Positions 53,614 through 63,635 of a DNA stretch of 64,000 bases are shown here, in pieces. Below the pieces are notes generated by a model. The model was not told where the DNA came from, searched no databases, and worked only from the letters and a program-made list of their open reading frames with translations. The translations under genes were made by a program, and so were the position numbers. This DNA comes from Escherichia phage vB_Eco_BCPEco_001: the sequence record PV295200.1; one strand, 5' to 3'. Position 1 is the first letter of the stretch, and each line of letters begins with the position of its first letter.

Positions 53614-53826
53614 ATGTATAAATTTCGTAAAGGTTTAGCTGATTTTCTTACAACTGTAACATTCTTTCTGTTTATGGCAGTTGGAGCTATTTTCCTTATT
53701 CCTTTTATTGCTATATTTTTCGTGATTAGTTTAATTTCTCCAGAAAAGGGCTTATCTTCCAGTGAGTTCAATGAGCGCCTGGATAAAATTACTAACAAGC
53801 TGAATGCTGCTCTTAGTAAGGAATAG
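53614..53826 (+). CDS. small membrane protein
   Basis: 70 aa; hydrophobic helix TVTFFLFMAVGAIFLIPFIAIFFVISLI. Confidence 0.4.
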   Translation: MYKFRKGLADFLTTVTFFLFMAVGAIFLIPFIAIFFVISLISPEKGLSSSEFNERLDKITNKLNAALSKE

Positions 53827-53828
53827 TT

Positions 53829-54137
53829 GTGAAACAAAATAAGATTGAAGTCTATGGAATTCCAGATGAAGTAGGTCGTTGTCCTGGATGTCAATCAGTT
53901 ACAAAACTTCTAAAGGAGCTCAATGCTCCTTTTACTTTCTATAAAGTTCTTACAAATAATGGTAAGATTGAGTATGATCGTCCACTGATTGTATCTCTTG
54001 CTAAACGTGCTGGATTCACATCTCTTAACATTCGTTACCCAGTCATTTTCATTAATGATTCTAGACAAAAGAACATTAAACACTTCAAAGAAACTCTCAT
54101 TTCACTTGGATATGATAGAGATATCATAGAAGACTAA
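53829..54137 (+). CDS. nrdH: glutaredoxin-like protein NrdH
   Basis: 102 aa, GTG start; CPGC redox motif near the N-terminus. Confidence 0.6.
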   Translation: MKQNKIEVYGIPDEVGRCPGCQSVTKLLKELNAPFTFYKVLTNNGKIEYDRPLIVSLAKRAGFTSLNIRYPVIFINDSRQKNIKHFKETLISLGYDRDIIED

Positions 54138-54140
54138 GAC

Positions 54141-54162
54141 GGGCCCTCTGGGCCTTTCTTTC
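54141..54162 (+). terminator. terminator-like hairpin
   Basis: GGCCC-tct-GGGCC followed by TTTCTTTCTT. Confidence 0.45.
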
Positions 54163-54235
54163 TTACATTCTGTATATTACCATTCTAAGCTATCGTTCCT
54201 TTCTTATCATTCCCTAAAATATTTTTCACAAAGTT

Positions 54236-54265
54236 GTTTACAACAAGTTCAAACCATGGTATTAT
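54236..54265 (+). promoter_or_regulatory. early promoter
   Basis: TTTTCACAAAGTT-GTTTAC, 18 nt, TG-g-TATTAT. Confidence 0.55.
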
Positions 54266-54295
54266 TAACATATGAATTACCTTTGAGGAATTGAT

Positions 54296-54478
54296 ATGGT
54301 TGTGGTTGATAAAGAAATTAAAAAGGGACAGTATTATCTCGTGAATGGTAATGTTGTTCGTGTTACTTATGTAAATGGTTTTGATGTTTACTATCTTATA
54401 CTCAAGTTACATAAACGCATGATTTGTGATCGTGCTGTATTTAGTTCAGTTGCTAAGGAAATTAAACTCCATGGGTAA
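54296..54478 (+). CDS. hypothetical protein
   Basis: 60 aa ORF with GAGGAA RBS. Confidence 0.35.
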   Translation: MVVVDKEIKKGQYYLVNGNVVRVTYVNGFDVYYLILKLHKRMICDRAVFSSVAKEIKLHG

Positions 54479-54764
54479 AACGTATCGTCGTAAAGACTTA
54501 AAAGTGCGTGATTATGACTATTTCGGAAAGCGTAAAGCTCCTGCTGGGGTAAGTCATAAAGATATGGTTGAAAACATTTTTCGCTCAGATAAATGGCGTA
54601 GAATGAAAGGTATTGATTCAGAAGTTAAAGATGAGCTAAATCGCCAATTACGTGGTGAAGTAAGAAAGTTGAAAAAATCAGTTTACATTGACGATGATTT
54701 TGATTATAATACTTCTCAACGAGTTGCTAAACGTAAATCAAACGAGTGTTATCGTTACAGCTGA
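54471..54764 (+). CDS. hypothetical basic protein
   Basis: 97 aa from ATG at 54471. Confidence 0.4.
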   Translation: MGKTYRRKDLKVRDYDYFGKRKAPAGVSHKDMVENIFRSDKWRRMKGIDSEVKDELNRQLRGEVRKLKKSVYIDDDFDYNTSQRVAKRKSNECYRYS

Positions 54765-54771
54765 GGAAAAT

Positions 54772-54906
54772 ATGAATATCAAACGAATGCTTTTTAAACA
54801 AGGGTTATACACTTTAAATGTTACTCCAAAAGGCGATACAACTAAGTGGTCAGTAAATGACTGGATTAAATTTATTGATGAAAATGGTAATTGGTGGGAA
54901 ATTTAA
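54772..54906 (+). CDS. small hypothetical protein
   Basis: 44 aa from ATG at 54772 with GAGGAAAA RBS (track 54688 start lies in the upstream gene). Confidence 0.3.
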   Translation: MNIKRMLFKQGLYTLNVTPKGDTTKWSVNDWIKFIDENGNWWEI

Positions 54907-55107
54907 ATGAATCCTGAATCTAAATTATCGCAGCGAATTGCCGAAGCTCGTCGTCAGTTCTTTGAAAATATGATAGCCCAAGGTATTGATGACGAAGTTT
55001 TTCTGAACTGGTTTTGGAATCACAAATATTCAAGTTGCTCAGGAGCAATATTAATATCAGCCGCAATGATGTATGAAGGCTGGAAGGGTGCCAAAAAGTT
55101 TAGCTAA
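54907..55107 (+). CDS. hypothetical protein
   Basis: 66 aa, followed by a terminator. Confidence 0.4.
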   Translation: MNPESKLSQRIAEARRQFFENMIAQGIDDEVFLNWFWNHKYSSCSGAILISAAMMYEGWKGAKKFS

Positions 55108-55125
55108 GGGCTTCGGCCCTTTTTG
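55107..55125 (+). terminator. rho-independent terminator
   Basis: AGGGC-ttcg-GCCCT followed by TTTTTGG. Confidence 0.65.
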
Positions 55126-55159
55126 GATAATAAAATTTTAACGTAATTGAGGATAATAT

Positions 55160-55486
55160 ATGACTATTCAAATTAAAAACGCCATCAATTCTTACGCATA
55201 TGATAAAGTAGTTTCTTTGTTAGAAAAAGGCGATATTGTAACTCCTCAAATTTTGGATAAATGGGAAAAAGAGCTTCATCAGACGATGAAACAGAATGAT
55301 CAGAAGATTGGACGCAATACTGTCCGTGAATTGCTGGTTCAATATATCTTGTCAGAATTTGATGTTAAAGCTTTTGGTGTAGAATCTAAAGCTTATCAAA
55401 AGCATGAAATTTCCGATAAAACTATTCGTCGCATGAAAAATCAACGCAAGAAAAAATTTGCAGACCTGAAAATTACTAAGGTATAA
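55160..55486 (+). CDS. hypothetical protein
   Basis: 108 aa with GAGGA RBS. Confidence 0.45.
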   Translation: MTIQIKNAINSYAYDKVVSLLEKGDIVTPQILDKWEKELHQTMKQNDQKIGRNTVRELLVQYILSEFDVKAFGVESKAYQKHEISDKTIRRMKNQRKKKFADLKITKV

Positions 55487-55488
55487 TT

Positions 55489-55704
55489 ATGAACGAAGCT
55501 CTTATTAACGATTTACGTCTTGCTGGATATGAAGTAAATACAAATGGCATTGGTTTAACTCAAATTGAAGGAAACGGATTCATCCTTGAGTATGAATTTA
55601 GCCAATGGTGGTTATACGCTAATTACGGCGAATTAATTGAATATGTTGACCAATTCGATTCACTAGATGCAGCTCTTGAAGCGGCTAAGTTGATGAATGT
55701 ATGA
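55489..55704 (+). CDS. hypothetical protein
   Basis: 71 aa. Confidence 0.4.
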   Translation: MNEALINDLRLAGYEVNTNGIGLTQIEGNGFILEYEFSQWWLYANYGELIEYVDQFDSLDAALEAAKLMNV

Positions 55705-55970
55705 AATTTATTAATATTTCTATTACTATTGAAAATTATGGCATTTTCTATGTTGATCAATGCATGAAAATTTCATTTTTCCCAAATAAGACTGGTGTTG
55801 GATATTGGGAAAGCCATGTTTCTGAATTAAATGAAAGTGAATATGTTAGTACACATGAAAAGTTTTTAGACTTTTTATATCATGCTGATCTAACTAGTCA
55901 TTATATAGATATTCATGAATTTAAAAAGATGATGGAGAAAGTGTTCCAAGCATACTGTTTACTTAGATAA
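55701..55970 (+). CDS. hypothetical protein
   Basis: 89 aa, ATGA overlap. Confidence 0.4.
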   Translation: MKFINISITIENYGIFYVDQCMKISFFPNKTGVGYWESHVSELNESEYVSTHEKFLDFLYHADLTSHYIDIHEFKKMMEKVFQAYCLLR

Positions 55971-56048
55971 CTGATATCCTCTATGCTTTAAGATAGATCT
56001 TCAAATATTATGATATAATAGATCTATGAATTGAGCTAAGAGGTGAAA

Positions 56049-56606
56049 ATGTCAGAAACTAAGCCTAAATATAATTACGTAAACAATAAAGAGCTTTTAC
56101 AAGCTATTATTGATTGGAAAACAGAATTAGCAAATAATAAAGACCCAAATAAAGTAGTTCGTCAGAATGATACTATCGGATTAGCCATTATGCTTATTGC
56201 AGAAGGCTTATCTAAACGTTTCAACTTTTCAGGATACACCCAGTCTTGGAAACAAGAAATGATTGCAGATGGTATAGAAGCTTCTATTAAAGGGCTTCAT
56301 AATTTTGATGAAACGAAATATAAAAACCCACATGCGTATATAACTCAAGCTTGTTTTAATGCATTCGTCCAACGTATTAAAAAAGAACGTAAGGAAGTTG
56401 CAAAGAAATATAGTTACTTCGTTCACAATGTCTATGACAGTCGTGACGACGATATGGTTGCGTTAGTAGATGAAACTTTTATTCAAGACATCTACGATAA
56501 AATGACGCATTACGAAGAATCAACCTATAGAACACCGGGGGCTGAAAAGAAAAGTGTTGTAGACGATTCTCCTAGTTTGGATTTTTTATATGAGGCTAAC
56601 GATTAA
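56049..56606 (+). CDS. 55: late-transcription sigma factor gp55
   Basis: 185 aa from ATG at 56049; [33 protein letters not shown]... matches T4 gp55 as recalled. Confidence 0.9.
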
Positions 56607-56808
56607 CCTCTCCGGATTCTTGGAAGAAATACCTGAAGTTGAAGCTATTCCCTATTTACTTAAAATGTATCTCAGGGAAGTTTTAGCTTTTGACATTGAT
56701 ATTGATCCAGAAAATCCGTATGATACCGCTTTTAAATCTAATGGTGTAGAATTAAACTATCGGTATCATTTAACAGATGATGATTTTTATTTTATATTAG
56801 AGAAATAA
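56590..56808 (+). CDS. hypothetical protein
   Basis: 72 aa. Confidence 0.4.
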
Positions 56809-56809
56809 T

Positions 56810-57127
56810 ATGACTGATAAACCCGAAATTAACGATGAAGTGGAAAAGCTTATTTTTTCTATTGAAGAAAAGAACCGTCTTGAAGCAGAAAGAAAAGCAA
56901 ATAAGTTATTGTCTAAAAACAAACGCGAACTGAATCGTCTTTATAAGCACGCTCAGATCGCAGCTGAAAATAATAATTTTGCTCAATACGAATATGCTAT
57001 CAAGAAAAGTCGGGATATTCTAAAACAGCCATATAACGATGAACTCATCAGTATTCTTTGGAAGACTACTAGATCGCAAATTGAGGATATGATTGATGCT
57101 TACACACATAAAATTCAAGCGTCTTAA
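56810..57127 (+). CDS. hypothetical protein
   Basis: 105 aa helical. Confidence 0.4.
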   Translation: MTDKPEINDEVEKLIFSIEEKNRLEAERKANKLLSKNKRELNRLYKHAQIAAENNNFAQYEYAIKKSRDILKQPYNDELISILWKTTRSQIEDMIDAYTHKIQAS

Positions 57128-57542
57128 AATTAATGCAGGATTTACTGAATCTTTGAATGGTCATCTTTGTGTGAAAATTTCTGAAAAAGAATACCATGAT
57201 AGTTCAATTAAAGAAGTTAATCCTCCTATTGTAAGAGCAGACCCTAATATGAAAGTGTGGGTTGATTCTTATCAAGTCAAAAAATGGTGGCAGTTATGAA
57301 AGATGAACACCCAGACTTCTGAAATGGATTATAATAAAAGTCGTTCCTCTAAAGTAGAAATGATGAGACGCTCTAAAGAGTCTTATGATAAAGCTAAAGC
57401 AGAAGGAACTATAACATATAAGCGCAGAAAATTTAGAAGCTCTAATGAGCCTCTATACGGTGTATTATGCGGATAGGAGCTTCGGCTCCTATATTGCTTT
57501 ACAAAATTTTGGTAAAATAAACCAAAACAAAGAGGATATTAA

Positions 57543-58745
57543 ATGAAAGTATGTATTTTTATGGCTCGAGGTCTTGAAGGTTGCGGTGTAACTAAATTTT
57601 CTCTTGAGCAACGTGATTGGTTCATTAAAAATGGCCATGAAGTAACTCTAGTTTATGCTAAAGATAAATCATTTACTCGTACAAGTTCTCATGACCACAA
57701 ATCATTTTCAATTCCAGTTATTTTAGCTAAAGAATACGATAAAGCACTTAAACTGATTAATGATTGTGATATTTTAATTATTAATTCTGTTCCTGCTACT
57801 TCCGTTCAAGAAGCCACGATTAATAACTATAAAAAAATTATTGATAACATTAAACCTTCAGTTCGTGTTGTAGTTTATCAACATGACCATTCTTCTCTTT
57901 CTTTGCGCCGAAATTTGGGATTAGAAGAAACTGTTCGTCGAGCTGATGTTATTTTTAGTCATTCTGATAATGGTGATTTTAATAAAGTTCTGATGAAAGA
58001 ATGGTATCCAGAAACTGTTTCTTTGTTTGATGATATTGAAGAAGCACCGACTGTATACAACTTTCAGCCTCCTATGGATATTGCGAAGGTTCGATCAACC
58101 TACTGGAAAGATGTTTCTGAAATTAACATGAATGTCAACCGCTGGATTGGTCGTACGACTACATGGAAAGGTTTTTATCAGATGTTTGATTTTCACGAAA
58201 AACATCTTAAACCTGCTGGGCTAAGTACTATTATGGAAGGTCTGGAACGTTCTCCAGCGTTCATTCCTATTAAAGAAAAAGGAATTCCATATGAGTATTA
58301 TCGTCTTCATCAAGTAGACCAAATTAAAATTGCTCCTAATTTGCCAACGCAAATTCTTGACCGTTATGTAAATAGCGAAATGCTTGAACGCATGAGTAAA
58401 TCTGGATTTGGTTATCAGCTGAGTAAGTTGGACAAAAAATATCTACAACGTTCTTTAGAATATACTCATCTCGAGCTTGGTGCATGTGGAACAATTCCAG
58501 TATTTTGGAAATCTACTGGCGAAAATTTAAAATTCCGTGTTGATAATACTCCGTTAATTTCTCATGATAGTGGTATCGTTTGGTTTGATGAAAATGACAT
58601 GGAATCAGCATTTGAGCGTATTAAAGAACTGTCATCTGACCGAACTCTTTATGACCGTGAACGCGAAAAAGCTTATGAATTTTTGTATCAGCATCAAGAT
58701 TCAAGCTTCTGCTTTAAAGAACAGTTTGACATTATTACAAAATAA
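57543..58745 (+). CDS. agt: DNA alpha-glucosyltransferase
   Basis: 400 aa; MKVCIFMARGLEGCGVTKFSLEQRDWFIKNGHEVTLVYAKDKSF... near-identical to T4 alpha-gt as recalled. Confidence 0.9.
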   Translation: MKVCIFMARGLEGCGVTKFSLEQRDWFIKNGHEVTLVYAKDKSFTRTSSHDHKSFSIPVILAKEYDKALKLINDCDILIINSVPATSVQEATINNYKKIIDNIKPSVRVVVYQHDHSSLSLRRNLGLEETVRRADVIFSHSDNGDFNKVLMKEWYPETVSLFDDIEEAPTVYNFQPPMDIAKVRSTYWKDVSEINMNVNRWIGRTTTWKGFYQMFDFHEKHLKPAGLSTIMEGLERSPAFIPIKEKGIPYEYYRLHQVDQIKIAPNLPTQILDRYVNSEMLERMSKSGFGYQLSKLDKKYLQRSLEYTHLELGACGTIPVFWKSTGENLKFRVDNTPLISHDSGIVWFDENDMESAFERIKELSSDRTLYDREREKAYEFLYQHQDSSFCFKEQFDIITK

Positions 58746-58766
58746 AGGGCTTCGGCCCTTTAGCTT
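58746..58766 (+). terminator. terminator-like hairpin
   Basis: AGGGC-ttcg-GCCCT followed by TTAGCTTTAT. Confidence 0.45.
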
Positions 58767-58921
58767 TATACGGAGTTTGATATAATGATATTTCTTGGAT
58801 ATGTGATACTTTTTCTCGCATTTTATCTATTCACTAGAGCATGTTGGATTGGGTTCTTTAGCACTCCAGATGGATTTATTTCAATAATTTTATTTTGCAT
58901 TTCAATGACGGTTCTTGATAT

Positions 58922-59941
58922 ATGAAAATACTAAACTTGGGTGATTGGCATTTAGGCGTTAAAGCTGATGATGAGTGGATTCGCGGTATTCAAATTGATG
59001 GAATTAAGCAAGCGATAGAATATTCTAAGAAAAATGGAATTACGGTATGGATTCAATACGGTGATATTTTTGATGTACGAAAAGCGATCACGCATAAAAC
59101 TATGGAGTTTGCCCGTGAAATAGTTCAAATGCTTGATGGTGCTGGAATCACATTACATACTATTGTAGGAAATCACGATCTCCACTACAAAAATGTAATG
59201 CATCCAAATGCTTCTACTGAGCTTTTGGCTAAATATCCTAATGTTAAAGTATATGATAAGCCTACTACAGTAGATTTTGACGGGTGTTTGATTGATTTAA
59301 TTCCTTGGATGTGTGAAGAAAATACTGGTGAAATTCTTGAGCATATCAAAACTTCATCTGCTTCTTTTTGTGTTGGTCACTGGGAACTGAATGGATTTTA
59401 TTTTTATAAAGGAATGAAATCTCACGGTCTTGAACCTGATTTCCTTAAGACTTATAAAGAAGTGTGGTCTGGTCACTTCCATACTATCTCTGAGGCTGCT
59501 AACGTTAGATATATTGGGACACCATGGACACTAACTGCAGGTGACGAGAATGACCCTCGTGGGTTCTGGATGTTTGATACAGAAACAGAACGAATGGAAT
59601 TTATTCCAAACAATACTACCTGGCATCGTAGAATTCATTATCCATTTAAAGGAAAAATTGACTATAAAGATTTTACAAATCTATCAGTACGTGTTATAGT
59701 AACTGAAGTAGACAAAAATCTGACGAAGTTCGAATCTGAACTAGAAAAAGTTGTGCATTCATTACGAGTTGTGTCAAAGATTGATAACTCTGTCGAGTCA
59801 GATGACAGTGAAGAAGTTGAAGTTCAATCGCTTCAGACATTAATGGAAGAGTATATTAATGCAATTCCAGACATCACCGATTCTGACCGTGAAGCACTTA
59901 TTCAATATGCAAATCAGCTATATGTAGAGGCAACACAATGA
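58922..59941 (+). CDS. 47: recombination endonuclease subunit gp47 (Mre11-like)
   Basis: 339 aa; phosphoesterase motifs LGDWHLG, GDIFD, GNHD, GHWE, GHFH. Confidence 0.9.
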   Translation: MKILNLGDWHLGVKADDEWIRGIQIDGIKQAIEYSKKNGITVWIQYGDIFDVRKAITHKTMEFAREIVQMLDGAGITLHTIVGNHDLHYKNVMHPNASTELLAKYPNVKVYDKPTTVDFDGCLIDLIPWMCEENTGEILEHIKTSSASFCVGHWELNGFYFYKGMKSHGLEPDFLKTYKEVWSGHFHTISEAANVRYIGTPWTLTAGDENDPRGFWMFDTETERMEFIPNNTTWHRRIHYPFKGKIDYKDFTNLSVRVIVTEVDKNLTKFESELEKVVHSLRVVSKIDNSVESDDSEEVEVQSLQTLMEEYINAIPDITDSDREALIQYANQLYVEATQ

Positions 59942-60201
59942 CTTTTGATGAATTTAAAAATGTTATGATGAGTCAGCATTTTGAATGCGAAGTAAAAGAT
60001 GATATTGGGCATAAAGAAATTATTGAATATTGGTTTGAACCACTAGAGGTTGAAGATAATTGTATTAAAAAGGTTACGGTCTGCACTGACTGGGCTGTAT
60101 CTTTTAACTTCAACATTTTAGATAATGACACACCTAAATCATTACAAGATATGGCTGTATCTTGTATTAAGGATGCATACTGTGAAGTTTTCGACATTTG
60201 A
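59938..60201 (+). CDS. hypothetical protein
   Basis: 87 aa, ATGA overlap with gp47. Confidence 0.45.
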   Translation: MTFDEFKNVMMSQHFECEVKDDIGHKEIIEYWFEPLEVEDNCIKKVTVCTDWAVSFNFNILDNDTPKSLQDMAVSCIKDAYCEVFDI

Positions 60202-60388
60202 CATTAATGATGAATTCATAGCAAACATTGATTATACCGAAGAAGATTCTAGATATGTTGGAATAATTTATATTACATCAAAAACAGCACAAGGTGTTGT
60301 TTGCATGGCTGAATTTGATGAATACTTTTTAGATTATGATGATATGATAGAATGGTCTAAAAGATACATTAAAAGGAATCTTTTGTGA
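60125..60388 (+). CDS. hypothetical protein (start uncertain; possible GTG start at 60182)
   Basis: ORF track 60125..60388; the GTG at 60182 with AAGGAT RBS reproduces the start context of the downstream HNH gene. Confidence 0.35.
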   Translation: MTHLNHYKIWLYLVLRMHTVKFSTFDINDEFIANIDYTEEDSRYVGIIYITSKTAQGVVCMAEFDEYFLDYDDMIEWSKRYIKRNLL

Positions 60389-61239
60389 AGAATTTTAAAC
60401 TTGACATTAATGATGAATTTTTAATAAAGGAATTAGTTGAAAAATTAGCGTTGAGTGAAGAAGACGCCAAGTCTTACATTAATTTTATTTCTATGAATTC
60501 AACTGTTAAAACTCCAGGTAAAACGGAAGCACACCACGTGCTTCCTAAATCAATATTTCCTGAATATTTAAAATCTACATGGAATTTAGTTAATTTAAGT
60601 CATTTTAATCATTTTAAAGCACACTTCTTATTAGCAAAAGGTAAAAATGGAAAAATGCTAAATGCTTTAAATAGAATGATGTCAGGGAAAACATATAAAA
60701 ATTTATCTTTAGCCGAAGTTGATTTAATAGCTGCTGAATATAGTTTTATAAAACAAGATGTAAGTGACACAATATCAAAAAGGCTTCAACAGTATTATTC
60801 AAATCCGCAAAATAGAAATGCTGCTAGAGAAAGGGCATTAAAATATTTTTCAGTAGCAAAAAATAGGAAAGATAACAAAGAAAGATTAAATAATTTTAAA
60901 ACAAAACAAAAAATTTCAATGGCTTCAAGGGAATGGTTTAATAACGAAGAAAACAAAATTAAACACCAAAAGGCTGTTCGTGCTGCTTTATCAAAACCTG
61001 AATATAAAATAGCTATATCAAATTCAGTAGCTGCTAGTTGGAAAAATCCGGAGATTAGAAAAGCTCATATAGCATCTAGACGAAAAGGCTATCATTGGGA
61101 TAATAAAGATAAATTGTATGAATTGTGGATATCATATAATCGTCCTAAACATGTGATGTTTAGGAAAATGTTAGTTAAGAATGGATATCCAATAGAGGCT
61201 TCATTACAGGCTTTAGTTAAAGAATTTTCTTCATTGTGA
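60385..61239 (+). CDS. HNH homing endonuclease
   Basis: 284 aa, GTG start with AAGGAA RBS; HNH motif EAHHVLPKSIFPEYLKSTWNLVNLSHFNHFKAH; Lys-rich repeated C-terminal modules; between genes 47 and 46. Confidence 0.7.
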   Translation: MKNFKLDINDEFLIKELVEKLALSEEDAKSYINFISMNSTVKTPGKTEAHHVLPKSIFPEYLKSTWNLVNLSHFNHFKAHFLLAKGKNGKMLNALNRMMSGKTYKNLSLAEVDLIAAEYSFIKQDVSDTISKRLQQYYSNPQNRNAARERALKYFSVAKNRKDNKERLNNFKTKQKISMASREWFNNEENKIKHQKAVRAALSKPEYKIAISNSVAASWKNPEIRKAHIASRRKGYHWDNKDKLYELWISYNRPKHVMFRKMLVKNGYPIEASLQALVKEFSSL

Positions 61240-61254
61240 ACAATTGGATACAAA

Positions 61255-62937
61255 ATGAAATCATTTAAACTTAATAGAGTAAAATATAAAAATATAATGT
61301 CAGTTGGTCAAAATGGAGTTGACATTCAATTAGATAAGGTTCAAAAAACTCTTATTACTGGACGAAATGGCGGTGGTAAGTCTACTATGCTAGAAGCCAT
61401 CACATTTGGGCTTTTTGGCAAGCCATTTCGTGATGTAAAGAAAGGCCAATTAATAAACAGCACAAATAAGAAAGAACTTTTAGTTGAACTGTGGATGGAA
61501 TATGATGAGAAAAAGTACTATATCAAAAGAGGACAAAAACCAAACGTTTTCGAAATCACCGTTAACGGTACACGTCTTAATGAATCTGCCAGCAGTAAAG
61601 ATTTCCAAGCAGAATTTGAACAGCTTATCGGAATGTCATATTCCAGTTTCAAGCAGATTGTTGTCCTTGGTACAGCAGGGTATACCCCTTTCATGGGTTT
61701 GTCGACCCCTGCGCGAAGAAAGCTTGTGGAAGACCTGCTTGAGGTAGGAACATTAGCTGAAATGGATAAGCTTAATAAAGCACTAATACGTGAATTAAAT
61801 TCGCAGAACCAAGTGCTTGATGTTAAAAAAGATAGTATTATCCAACAAATTAAAATATATAATGATAATGTTGAACGCCAGAAAAAATTAACTGGCGACA
61901 ACCTTACTCGTCTACAAAATATGTATGATGATTTGGCAAAAGAAGCTAGAACGCTAAAATCGGAAATAGAAGAAGCTAATGAAAGATTAGTTAATATTGT
62001 TTTAGATGAAGACCCAACTGATGCATTTAATAAAATCGGTCAAGAAGCAGTTTTAATTAAATCAAAAATTGACTCGTATAATAAAGTCATTAATATGTAT
62101 CACGAAGGTGGATTATGTCCAACCTGCTTGTCACAATTAAGTTCCGGTGATAAAGTTGTTTCTAAAATTAAAGATAAAGTTTCTGAATGTACGCATTCGT
62201 TTGAACAGCTTTCAACACACCGTGATAATTTAAAAGTTCTTGTTGATGAATACCGAGATAATATTAAAACCCAACAGTCGTTGGCAAATGATATTCGCAA
62301 TAAAAAGCAATCTCTAATCACGACAGTAGATAAAGCTAAAAAAGTTAAAGCGGCTATAGAAAAAGCATCTTCTGAGTTTATTGACCATGCTGATGAAATA
62401 GCACTGCTTCAAGAAGAACTTGATAAAATTGTTAAGACAAAAACTAATTTAGTAATGGAAAAATACCACCGAGGAATTTTGACTGATATGCTCAAAGATT
62501 CTGGTATTAAAGGTGCTATTATTAAAAAGTACATTCCATTATTTAATAAGCAGATTAACCATTATCTTAAAATAATGGAAGCGGATTATGTGTTTACATT
62601 AGATGAAGAATTTAATGAGACAATTAAATCCCGCGGTCGTGAAGATTTTAGTTATGCTTCATTTAGTGAAGGTGAAAAAGCACGAATTGATATTGCTCTT
62701 TTATTTACTTGGCGTGATATTGCTTCTATTGTATCTGGTGTTAGTATTAGTACATTAATACTCGATGAAGTGTTTGATGGGTCATTTGATGCCGAAGGTA
62801 TTAAAGGTGTAGCTAATATTATAAATTCAATGAAAAACACTAATGTTTTTATAATTTCACATAAAGACCATGACCCGCAAGAATATGGTCAGCATCTTCA
62901 AATGAAGAAAGTTGGTCGATTTACTGTAATGGTTTAA
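61255..62937 (+). CDS. 46: recombination endonuclease subunit gp46 (Rad50-like ATPase)
   Basis: 560 aa; Walker A GRNGGGKST, central coiled coil with CPTC zinc hook, signature SGGE-like FSEGEKAR, Walker B LILDEVFD. Confidence 0.9.
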   Translation: MKSFKLNRVKYKNIMSVGQNGVDIQLDKVQKTLITGRNGGGKSTMLEAITFGLFGKPFRDVKKGQLINSTNKKELLVELWMEYDEKKYYIKRGQKPNVFEITVNGTRLNESASSKDFQAEFEQLIGMSYSSFKQIVVLGTAGYTPFMGLSTPARRKLVEDLLEVGTLAEMDKLNKALIRELNSQNQVLDVKKDSIIQQIKIYNDNVERQKKLTGDNLTRLQNMYDDLAKEARTLKSEIEEANERLVNIVLDEDPTDAFNKIGQEAVLIKSKIDSYNKVINMYHEGGLCPTCLSQLSSGDKVVSKIKDKVSECTHSFEQLSTHRDNLKVLVDEYRDNIKTQQSLANDIRNKKQSLITTVDKAKKVKAAIEKASSEFIDHADEIALLQEELDKIVKTKTNLVMEKYHRGILTDMLKDSGIKGAIIKKYIPLFNKQINHYLKIMEADYVFTLDEEFNETIKSRGREDFSYASFSEGEKARIDIALLFTWRDIASIVSGVSISTLILDEVFDGSFDAEGIKGVANIINSMKNTNVFIISHKDHDPQEYGQHLQMKKVGRFTVMV

Positions 62938-62992
62938 TTTATAAGAGATTATGCTTTAATTTATTAGAGTATAATCTCTATGGAGGAAAAAC

Positions 62993-63181
62993 ATGGAATA
63001 TTCAACTGGACAACATCTATTAACTATTCCTGAAATAAAACGATATATTCTGAGAAATAATTTTTCTAATGAAGAGCATATAGTTACTGAATCTATGCTT
63101 AGGAATGCATTTAAAGCAGAATATACAAAAATAATGTCCAATAGAAATGAAGCTTGGACTGTTACTGATTATTATGACTAA
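62993..63181 (+). CDS. hypothetical protein
   Basis: 62 aa with GGAGGAAAA RBS. Confidence 0.4.
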   Translation: MEYSTGQHLLTIPEIKRYILRNNFSNEEHIVTESMLRNAFKAEYTKIMSNRNEAWTVTDYYD

Positions 63182-63190
63182 AGGTGTATT

Positions 63191-63580
63191 ATGACTAAAA
63201 TTACTGTGAATTATAACGTTGATGTAAAAGATATTCAGCCAAAACACGTGCGTTCTGAATCAAATCCACAAAACCAAAATAAAATTCGTCGAGCTTGGGT
63301 TTTGTCTCTTTCTGATAACGCAATGGAAGTTATTCAGAATAAAATTAAATCTGCACCTGCTCGTCATGCGTATTATGAAGCTATCGATCGTGAAGTAAGT
63401 AATAAATGGATTGAACTAATGCGCAAACATACTACAGAATCCCTAAACGCCGGTGCTAAATTTATTATGACTTCATGTGGTGAACGCCTTGAAGATGATT
63501 ATTGCGGTAATGCAGATGAACGTCTAATTGTTGCTGCTCAAATTGTTGCGGAAACAATTGCGGCTGATTTTAATCGTTAA
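63191..63580 (+). CDS. rpbA: RNA polymerase binding protein RpbA
   Basis: 129 aa, the T4 RpbA size; position between 46 and 45. Confidence 0.6.
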   Translation: MTKITVNYNVDVKDIQPKHVRSESNPQNQNKIRRAWVLSLSDNAMEVIQNKIKSAPARHAYYEAIDREVSNKWIELMRKHTTESLNAGAKFIMTSCGERLEDDYCGNADERLIVAAQIVAETIAADFNR

Positions 63581-63635
63581 TTGCTTTATTAAATTAGTTA
63601 TAAAATTAAATCTCATTTGAATTGAAGGAAATTAC

